Assembly: GCA_002413795.1 (NCBI GenBank)
Contig: DHXS01000009.1
Location: 7,820-71,819, forward strand
Reading direction: 5' to 3'
Length of the DNA stretch: 64,000 bases
From: Candidatus Saccharibacteria bacterium UBA5150
GTDB lineage: Bacteria > Patescibacteriota > Saccharimonadia > Saccharimonadales > UBA4665
Each line of letters opens with the position of its first letter. The first letter of the stretch is position 1. The notes beneath the pieces were generated by a model that saw only the letters and a program-made list of their open reading frames with translations, made no database searches and was not told the DNA's origin. Shown here in pieces: positions 8,673 through 16,264 of the stretch. Position numbers and translations under genes: made by a program.

Positions 8673-8903
8673 GTGTTATTACAAGGGGTTGCAGCATTGA
8701 GTAATAAAAATAACCATTCCGAACTCACTAGGCTTCTGCTAAAAGCTAAGAAGCAGATTGAGGCTGGCGAAAATACTAGCAAGCGCAGTCAAACCGAGCT
8801 GACGAACGTGAAGCTCGACGAACATACGATTATCGGCAAGGATGGTATTCCGGTCAAAGAAACCGACCAGTCATCTGAAGATAAGACCATCGTTGCTGAA
8901 TAA
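8673..8903 (+). CDS. Hypothetical small protein (island)
   Basis: 76-aa ORF with a GTG start. An alternative TTG start near 8698 follows AAGGGG. No motif recognised. Confidence 0.35.
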   Translation: MLLQGVAALSNKNNHSELTRLLLKAKKQIEAGENTSKRSQTELTNVKLDEHTIIGKDGIPVKETDQSSEDKTIVAE

Positions 8904-8941
8904 CTATAAGCCAGACATAGCTTGAACTATAGAAAGAGACT

Positions 8942-9928
8942 ATGGCACAGCATCATTTTGTACCTCAGACGTACCTTAGAGGATTCGCCACAGACGACGA
9001 CAGTGAGCGTGTTTACTTTTATGATCGACGGATTGCCAACAAGGGTGTTACAAAGCGTCTGATTCAGGACGTGTGCAGCCAGAACAACCTGTATCGTCTA
9101 CTCATGGACGATGGTAAATATAAAGACGACTTGGAGCAAGATTTTGCCACAATAGCCGAACCGACATTTAAGGAAATAGTAGTTAAGCTCCTGGACTGTG
9201 AGCCACTATCACCAGAAGAAAAGAGTGAGTTTGCAGCATATATTAGTCTACAGATAATTAGAACTCCTGCTTCAAGGGAAATGTATAACGCTATGTCTAC
9301 AGAAATCATGAACAGAGCCGCAAACAAACAGTGGGAGAAATTGCTTGATGACCAGGAAAGACAAAGAGTTATGAGTGAGGTGAAAGAAGAAACAGGCTTT
9401 GATACCGGTGTACTGACGAAGGAGGATATTCAAGGCATTATTGATGGCACGAAGTTTAAGACTACGTGGACAATTCCGAAGGAGAACTGGCTCAAGCATA
9501 CGATGGAAACTATGGGTATGATTTTCAGAGCCTTTGAGAGAATGCACTGGCGAGTGTATTTCGCTGCTCCTGGCACGGCTTTCATTACGTCTGATAATCC
9601 AGTATCAGTGCTTGTACCAAAGCCCGATGGATTTTATGTTGGTTCAGGCTTTCTGAACAGAGGTTCGATACGCTTCTTTCCGCTTGCGAAAAACGCCTGT
9701 TTAACGATTACTGATAACGAACCGTCTGGCTTCAGCTTTGCTGATGCTAACAAGCGTCGAGTTCAGCAGATAAATAATGTTACCGCATTGTCGCACCATA
9801 AGATTATAATTAGTCATAGCCCACAGCTACTTGCTCGATGGGTGAAGCGGATTCCTGACGGCTTCAGTCTTACCGAAGCGGTTAAGGATTACCAAGCCCA
9901 AGACATACTCATGGGTAAGTACGATTGA
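8942..9928 (+). CDS. DUF4238-family protein
   Basis: The N-terminus MAQHHFVPQTYLRGF matches the characteristic H-(F/Y)-V-P-Q-x-Y-L-R-x-F start of DUF4238. 328 aa. Confidence 0.7.
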   Translation: MAQHHFVPQTYLRGFATDDDSERVYFYDRRIANKGVTKRLIQDVCSQNNLYRLLMDDGKYKDDLEQDFATIAEPTFKEIVVKLLDCEPLSPEEKSEFAAYISLQIIRTPASREMYNAMSTEIMNRAANKQWEKLLDDQERQRVMSEVKEETGFDTGVLTKEDIQGIIDGTKFKTTWTIPKENWLKHTMETMGMIFRAFERMHWRVYFAAPGTAFITSDNPVSVLVPKPDGFYVGSGFLNRGSIRFFPLAKNACLTITDNEPSGFSFADANKRRVQQINNVTALSHHKIIISHSPQLLARWVKRIPDGFSLTEAVKDYQAQDILMGKYD

Positions 9929-10074
9929 ACAGGTGTTCAGGAAATGTATAGGGTTTTGCTAGTCAATCCCCTAATGATTTAGATTTAAGCAAGTCTGTAA
10001 AGGGTCTAGCGAGGGTAAACGAGGGCGATGGAGATAAGAATAAGGGGTGGAGTGCAAACTGGGGTGGACTACTG

Positions 10075-10584
10075 ATGAAAAGTTCTAGCATAATGCTTGT
10101 CACTGAAGTGCCGGAGATTGATCTGTTTGAGTGCCTGAAATACGACCAAATGCGGAACTTAGGTCAGCTACGAACGTACTTACCGCATCCGTATAAAGGT
10201 TACGTATACATACAGCTTTGCCGGTCAAGAGTACGCTACGGTTGGCGTATCTGGTTTCAAGCTCCCTGCTGTCAACGGCGAACGACCAAGCTGTACATTT
10301 ACGGCACTCGCATTGCTTGCCGACAATGCCTAGACCTGAAATACCCAAGCCAGTACCGAAAAGATGCATTTGGTAGGTCAGGTATGACCCACCGCAAGCT
10401 AGTTCGCTTACAGAAACAAAAACGCCGATTAGGATATGGCGACTACCCGACACGATTCGGGGTTCAGTATAAAAAGCTCATGAACGAGAGTGAGATACAG
10501 ACCATTGAGACGTTTAGCCTTTTACAGCAGAAGCGTATGAAGTTGGATTTCGAACTGGCACGTACCGAACTTGCCGACGGTTAG
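10075..10584 (+). CDS. Hypothetical protein with a putative CxxC..CxxC zinc ribbon
   Basis: 169 aa with PCCQRRTTKLYIYGTRIACRQCLDLKY. Basic and low-GC. Confidence 0.5.
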   Translation: MKSSSIMLVTEVPEIDLFECLKYDQMRNLGQLRTYLPHPYKGYVYIQLCRSRVRYGWRIWFQAPCCQRRTTKLYIYGTRIACRQCLDLKYPSQYRKDAFGRSGMTHRKLVRLQKQKRRLGYGDYPTRFGVQYKKLMNESEIQTIETFSLLQQKRMKLDFELARTELADG

Positions 10585-10699
10585 TTTATTACGTGTTCAC
10601 GAAGCTGTTAAACGTCTCCAGAGGCTTAAACCACTATTCATACCTCTGCACTGATAAAACGCAGTACAGAGAAAATATAGAGTGATAACGAAAAAACAG

Positions 10700-11695
10700 C
10701 TAGGCATTCTTCTTGTGTTTCTTGCCTCGCTTTTTAGCAGGGTCTAATTTGAAGCTGAATGAGCTTTCGCTAACAGTATCAGGTTGAAACGGACTGTCAT
10801 TATTTTTGATAATCTTCAGCAGGTCAAGTTGATCGAATAGCTTCATTTCGTACTCGCCATTACTGTATCGCCAGTTACCGATACCGACGATTTGTTCGAG
10901 CATTGGCGTAAGTATATGAACGAACGCCCATTTCTGTTCCCAGCGAGTGAAAGTGTAGTTTCGTTGCAGTTGCTTGTAGCCAGCGTGGTCTTTATCGCTA
11001 ACGTAGCTCAGAAACACTAGAGCGTCGTCTTTATCGACTTTCATGATCTCACCGAGGCTGAAACCGAACTCGTCGCTGAACATTGCCAGCCCATGCTTGT
11101 AGCTGTTATAGGCATAGCTTTTGAGTAAATCACGCCCGAAGTAATCGAGGAAGACTGATAGATTATCTAGGCTCTTGTCCCAGACCTTTTTTGGCACAGT
11201 CTTTGGCTTATCAGTACGGCTGTAGAAAATCAAGCTCAGGCCAGTCTTGTGATCCACCGTGAAGTATTCCTGTTTGGTAAATGATTCGACGTCGGCCTTA
11301 AACTCCGAAAAGTTGTTGTTAATCGTTAGTTCGACCCAGGGGCAGTCTTTCGCTCGAACGTGAGCGAACATTATGCGGAATAGAGTCTCGATAGCATGAA
11401 AGTACGTTGTGGCGATCTCAGCCTTGAGGTTCTGTTCCAGTTTGTCTGATAGCAATTTAGCATCTTGCTCATCGTCGATTTTGACTCGTAATCGCTTAAA
11501 CGATACGCCCTGCTTGAGAATGTCTGTTGTAGATTTAGGATTGCCAAGCAATGCTAGAAGGTAAAAGCACTTCTGCAAAAAGTATTGAGTGTCGAATGAA
11601 ACGTAAAACTGCTTATTCAGTTTTGCGATTTCGGCAGATACTTTAGGGTCTTGCTTTGTCATTGCTTCAGTTGGCATTTGGTATGATTTTACCAT
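10700..11695 (-). CDS. Hypothetical protein (island cargo, unknown family)
   Basis: 331-aa ORF with a Lys-rich C-terminus, divergent from the 11739 gene. No recognisable motif. Confidence 0.6.
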   Translation of the reverse strand: MVKSYQMPTEAMTKQDPKVSAEIAKLNKQFYVSFDTQYFLQKCFYLLALLGNPKSTTDILKQGVSFKRLRVKIDDEQDAKLLSDKLEQNLKAEIATTYFHAIETLFRIMFAHVRAKDCPWVELTINNNFSEFKADVESFTKQEYFTVDHKTGLSLIFYSRTDKPKTVPKKVWDKSLDNLSVFLDYFGRDLLKSYAYNSYKHGLAMFSDEFGFSLGEIMKVDKDDALVFLSYVSDKDHAGYKQLQRNYTFTRWEQKWAFVHILTPMLEQIVGIGNWRYSNGEYEMKLFDQLDLLKIIKNNDSPFQPDTVSESSFSFKLDPAKKRGKKHKKNA

Positions 11696-11738
11696 TTTTG
11701 ACTTGCCAAAATAAACGACTTATGCTATGATAGCAAAC

Positions 11739-12818
11739 ATGACAGAACAACTACGCCCACAAGAAACCCAAGTATCACCAGAGCAAGTATTACAAGCTGG
11801 TTCTGAGTTCCTACAGCACTTCGGTGTTGAAGTAAGTCCTACTGAGCAACCAGACCAATTTATGGAAGCTATGAAGCAGTTAGACCCTCGTTATGAAGGT
11901 GGTCGTGAGTTGGTTCGCTATGAACTAGCTGAAGACCAGCGTGAATGGCCCGAAGAAACTAAGCAAGTAATTATGAACGGTGCTGAAAGCATGGGAATGC
12001 TGAAGCCCGAAACCCCTCTAGTTGGTGATATTGATGTTGTTATCGCTCTTGGTGGAGCTAACCAGCAAAACCACGAACGCCCTCGTTATGCACTTGAGGC
12101 TATGAAAAAGGGCGAAGCCACATTTAAGCAGTTAGTAATTGCTGGCTCAAGCCGTAAATTAAAAGAAGGCGAACAAAAGAATACTGCAAATTATGCTCCT
12201 GGTGCTGAAACTGAGTTTGACCTTTGTGTCGCTGGCGCAGCCATGCTTGCAAAGGAATATCCAGGTGTTCCAATTAGCGTATTGTTCGTAGATGATGAAA
12301 AAGCTGGCACACCTGACGTTATTGAGGGTGTCTTAGCAGCCGAACAAGCTAACGGTACTCTACAGCCAAACAGTCGTGTTGCTGCGATAACTACTCAAAT
12401 CTACCAAGAATCAACAGAACTTGACCTTGCACGTGTATCAAACAAGTTTGGTATTGCTGAGACTCAAACTGCTGGCATTCCTTCACCTGCTAAAACCATT
12501 GAGGGTCGTACCCCTGCTACTTATAAGAGCGAGATTATACGAACTCTTAAAGCTGCTGCCAATGGAGCAGTAGCTGAAAAAGTTGCAAAAGTTGCTCATG
12601 CTGAAAAAGTCGGTCAAATTGCTACAGCTACGGCGGCTAATCGTGCAGAACAGATAAAAATTGCCAATGCAAATAACGCTAATAACTCAGATATGCTACT
12701 TGATGAGAACGGAGTAGACCAGTGGGGATTTACTCTTGAGGATCATGAAGCTGGAAGATATCGTAGTGGTGGTCTTGTCTACAATGGCTGGAATGACCCA
12801 GGAATGTACGACGAGTAG
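11739..12818 (+). CDS. Hypothetical protein, weak DUF218/YdcF-ElyC-like core
   Basis: The stretch DVVIALGGANQQN..RPRYALEAMKKG..LVIAGSS..AETEFDLCVAGAAMLAKEYPGVP resembles the DUF218 pattern. The track start at 11727 lies inside the -10 element (CTTATGCTATGAT), so ATG 11739 is preferred. Confidence 0.55.
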   Translation: MTEQLRPQETQVSPEQVLQAGSEFLQHFGVEVSPTEQPDQFMEAMKQLDPRYEGGRELVRYELAEDQREWPEETKQVIMNGAESMGMLKPETPLVGDIDVVIALGGANQQNHERPRYALEAMKKGEATFKQLVIAGSSRKLKEGEQKNTANYAPGAETEFDLCVAGAAMLAKEYPGVPISVLFVDDEKAGTPDVIEGVLAAEQANGTLQPNSRVAAITTQIYQESTELDLARVSNKFGIAETQTAGIPSPAKTIEGRTPATYKSEIIRTLKAAANGAVAEKVAKVAHAEKVGQIATATAANRAEQIKIANANNANNSDMLLDENGVDQWGFTLEDHEAGRYRSGGLVYNGWNDPGMYDE

Positions 12819-12909
12819 ATATCCCACAGTGTCCTGTTAGTAAGATGTGTAATATAGTACTGTTTTAACCGATTATTAGTGCTAGTTAAGATGCAAGGAG
12901 ATATAAGTT

Positions 12910-13182
12910 ATGAGCGGAGAAGGCCAACCAAGATTTGATATTGAAGCTGAACGAGCAAGGTATGAAGCTGTGCCAGAGTTTCAAGAACTACAGGCACAAG
13001 TTCCTGACGCTTTAGAAATGGTTACTTCAACTCGTGGTGAAGAAGGTTTACGAGGTCAAGAACTTGCTGATTATTGGGACAATATAGGCAAAGATTCGGG
13101 TGGTTTTTATGATGACATTAGAGAGAATGGCTGCTCAAGCTGTGGCTCTCACACACCTGGCTGTTGCGACGGTTGCGCATAA
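12910..13182 (+). CDS. Small acidic protein with a C-terminal Cys cluster
   Basis: 90 aa. AGGAGA lies upstream. It ends in NGCSSCGSHTPGCCDGCA (6 Cys in the last 16 residues). Confidence 0.5.
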   Translation: MSGEGQPRFDIEAERARYEAVPEFQELQAQVPDALEMVTSTRGEEGLRGQELADYWDNIGKDSGGFYDDIRENGCSSCGSHTPGCCDGCA

Positions 13183-13214
13183 GCTAGTTACATCATCAAT
13201 AAACTAGGCTTATA

Positions 13215-14075
13215 ATGTCTGAAGTGTCTAAAACGCCAGAAAACTCTTACAACCAATTCTTTGAAGAAGCCCTATATCAACCTGTGCCTGACATGGGTGA
13301 ACTACGAGAGCGTAAAAAGGGGTATAACGAGCTGTCTATTGATACGATTAACCCCTTGTTCACTGAGCCTGTCGTTGATATTGCCGACTATGACATCGCT
13401 GGGCAAGCCTACTATTCACGATCTAACGCCACAACAGAAGAGACTGTACTTGGTGTGCCGACTAGCTTATATCTTCGCAAGTCAATAGCTGAGACGTTGG
13501 CTAAGATAAACGCCTCTTTGCAAAATCCTGCTGTTGCGAAGTTCTTTGATGGAGAGGTTGAGCTTTACGTTGAGGATGCTCTGCGACCTGTATCACTGCA
13601 AACACGTCTCCACGATGAGCTTATACCAACACTCCTGCATAAAAATCACCCCGAAATGAGCGATGACGAGATTGCCGATCGTATCAAGGATATTATCGCC
13701 GTACCTTCAACTGACCTGAAAAAGCCTTCACCGCACTCGACTGGCGGTGCTTTGGATATAATCTTGAGGTACAGACAGCCCTTGCCTGGCTATGTTGACG
13801 GAGTTAGTATATCCGTTGGACACGTTGACGGTGAAACCAGTACGAGGATAAATCCTGATTACTTTGAGCAACATGAGCCACAATCTGATGAAGACAAGCT
13901 GGCTCAACGCAACCGCCGTGCTTATTATGCGATTATGACTGGTGCTGCATTTGGTACTGAGACAGGTTTAGTAAATAACCCGACCGAGTGGTGGCATTGG
14001 GGTAGAGGCGACCAGCTTTCCGCAAAGGTACACGGCGATTATACAGCTTACTACTCTCTAGTAGAACCGTCCTGA
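13215..14075 (+). CDS. VanX/DdpX-type D-alanyl-D-alanine dipeptidase (peptidase M15D)
   Basis: SPHSTGGALD matches SxHxxGxAxD, and EWWHW is also present. 286 aa. Confidence 0.8.
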   Translation: MSEVSKTPENSYNQFFEEALYQPVPDMGELRERKKGYNELSIDTINPLFTEPVVDIADYDIAGQAYYSRSNATTEETVLGVPTSLYLRKSIAETLAKINASLQNPAVAKFFDGEVELYVEDALRPVSLQTRLHDELIPTLLHKNHPEMSDDEIADRIKDIIAVPSTDLKKPSPHSTGGALDIILRYRQPLPGYVDGVSISVGHVDGETSTRINPDYFEQHEPQSDEDKLAQRNRRAYYAIMTGAAFGTETGLVNNPTEWWHWGRGDQLSAKVHGDYTAYYSLVEPS

Positions 14076-14263
14076 CCTACCGTCCAGCTTTATCACTAGT
14101 GTACTTGTACTTGTTATCAGGTAGAGCTGGCAAGAAAACGGAATCAAAAGCAGTAGAAGCCTGATACGCACATTTTATTAACCGCTAAAATTAGTTCAGC
14201 TTGCCGATCATATTGTAGTTAGTTATTGTGGTAAAAAACTTTTGTTTACCCATGTTAAAAACA

Positions 14264-14291
14264 TTGACATCAGTGTGGTCAAAGTTACAAT
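14264..14291 (+). promoter_or_regulatory. Near-consensus sigma70 promoter
   Basis: TTGACA (14264-14269), a 16-nt spacer, TACAAT (14286-14291). AGGAGG (14315-14320) precedes GTG 14326. Confidence 0.5.
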
Positions 14292-14325
14292 AATACATAC
14301 ACACACTAAATAGCAGGAGGCAACC

Positions 14326-15282
14326 GTGCAGCAAAAAATGTTAAAAAATGAGGTAAAGGCTCTAGTGCCATTTTCACCGTCATTGTTAAAGTCAGCAATT
14401 CAGAAGTCAGTACGGAGAGGCGACGTAGACAAGGCAGTCAGGACAGCCAAGAGTCTTATCCAATTAAACGAAGTCGATGCGTTGCGTAGGCTCATGATAA
14501 TCCCAGTGGAAGACTGTATATTGCCACCGGATTACGATAAATACGCAGCCATGCTTACTAAGGTTAGCGCAAAAGGCAGCCAGCCATTGACTGAAGATGA
14601 AAAGACTTCGGCACTTTCAATAATTGGAGACGTAGCCTGGTGTGAATGGCGTGACCTGGATGTTGGCAATCTGGATGATGAGGGCAAAGATTACGCTATG
14701 CAACCAGTTCAAGGCAATAAAGAGAACGATCTGGTAAACGCCCTGCTCTACAGGGCTAGAGCTGGTGGCTCTCGGTGGGATGTGCCAATGTTAAATCAGA
14801 TGGCTAGAGTGTGGAACAAACGGTTCGCTGAAAAGAGTTGGGATATTGAAAAAATGAAGTCGTATTTTACTGGCAAAGTCATCAACTGGAACGATGTTCC
14901 TTACGCAACCGTAGACGACATCATGCTTGAAGCGGTAGATTTTCACTGCAGTGGCATACTGTACACTCTTTTGAAGATAGATTGGATAAAAGACCTATTG
15001 AGAAAAGAGATACCGTTTAATAAAAGGAATTGGTTAGGCTCTGATATGAGCTACGTTAATCTGTTAGAACAGATAATGTGGACTACCAGATCGAGCATCA
15101 ATTACAAGAAAAATATATGGGAAACTCAGGTTGGCAAAGACCAGCCGGTTAGTTGGCTGTGGGCTGATAACGTACCGGAAGCAATGTGGCCGGTGTATGA
15201 GCATATAACAGAGGCGATACGTGAAGAAACAGATAACATCAGTCGATGGATTATTCGCACACAAGGTGAAAAGGTGTTATGA
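14326..15282 (+). CDS. Hypothetical protein; the N-terminus weakly resembles the MgsA/RarA C-terminal helical domain
   Basis: 318 aa. SLLKSAIQKSVRRGDVDKAVRTAKSLI..ALRRLMIIPVEDCILP resembles the RarA lid region. Its stop overlaps the integrase start (ATGA). Confidence 0.6.
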   Translation: MQQKMLKNEVKALVPFSPSLLKSAIQKSVRRGDVDKAVRTAKSLIQLNEVDALRRLMIIPVEDCILPPDYDKYAAMLTKVSAKGSQPLTEDEKTSALSIIGDVAWCEWRDLDVGNLDDEGKDYAMQPVQGNKENDLVNALLYRARAGGSRWDVPMLNQMARVWNKRFAEKSWDIEKMKSYFTGKVINWNDVPYATVDDIMLEAVDFHCSGILYTLLKIDWIKDLLRKEIPFNKRNWLGSDMSYVNLLEQIMWTTRSSINYKKNIWETQVGKDQPVSWLWADNVPEAMWPVYEHITEAIREETDNISRWIIRTQGEKVL

Positions 15283-16169
15283 CCACTGACTTAGTGTCGA
15301 TGCCAAAACGCAACGTAGATGACATCATCGGTGCGTTAGATGTCAGCCAGAACACCAGGGATGAATACAAGAACCGAATCAAGCCATTCCTGGCGTTCGT
15401 GCAAGCCGAAGGTTTGTCGCTGAACGTGCTACTGGAATACAAACGAACTCTGAGCGCTCGTGAGGATTATAGCGTGTCTACTCGCAACAAATACCTGGCA
15501 ACAGCTAGGGTGTTTATGAAAGAATGCTATTGCCTCGGCATTGTGGATCGTGATGTAACGTCAAATGTACGGAGCTTCAAGCAAGACCGGCAACATAAGG
15601 TCACCGGCCTGACTAATGAGGAGGTGTTGCTAATCTGTGTGTGGCTTCGTCAGAACCCTGAAAAGCTGCGTGAACGTGCATTACTCTGTCTACTGCTGTT
15701 CCAGGGGCTGAGACAGGCCGAAATCTGCAATATAAGGCTCAGGGACGTTGATCTGAAAGAAGGTACAATGTTTATACTCGGTAAGGGTCGGGATGACTAT
15801 GAACGAGTACATCTGCACCCGAACACCACTAGAGCGTTGAGACGCTTTTGCCGAAGCCTCAAGTTACAATCCGGTGATTACTTGTTCACTAGCAAACGAA
15901 GGCAAAGCAAAGCCGTGAAGCTCACTACCAGAGGTTTGCAAGGTATTGTTAAGGGGGTTTTTGAGGAATTAGGTATTGACCGAACCGTTCATGGTTGCCG
16001 TCATTTCCATGCCTCAAAGCTCATACAAGCTATGCCAGGCGAATTATCAGTGGTTGCCCGATTTACTAGGCATAGAAGCCTCGAAACTCTCAGAATATAC
16101 GATGATAACCGGCTAATGCTAAGGGACGTTGAACACTACCGGAGAGCCTTCAGTGATCTCAAAATATAG
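15279..16169 (+). CDS. Tyrosine recombinase / phage-type integrase
   Basis: The catalytic pattern is present: GLRQAE (R), HGCRHFHAS (HxxR), RHRSLETLRIYDD (H..Y). Confidence 0.85.
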   Translation: MTTDLVSMPKRNVDDIIGALDVSQNTRDEYKNRIKPFLAFVQAEGLSLNVLLEYKRTLSAREDYSVSTRNKYLATARVFMKECYCLGIVDRDVTSNVRSFKQDRQHKVTGLTNEEVLLICVWLRQNPEKLRERALLCLLLFQGLRQAEICNIRLRDVDLKEGTMFILGKGRDDYERVHLHPNTTRALRRFCRSLKLQSGDYLFTSKRRQSKAVKLTTRGLQGIVKGVFEELGIDRTVHGCRHFHASKLIQAMPGELSVVARFTRHRSLETLRIYDDNRLMLRDVEHYRRAFSDLKI

Positions 16170-16264
16170 CCACTTATTTCGCATAATACTCATTACACGA
16201 AATAACCTGAATCTTTTTACCAGCACTGTTTTACAGCTATAATTAAGGTAATTGGAGGCAACCA

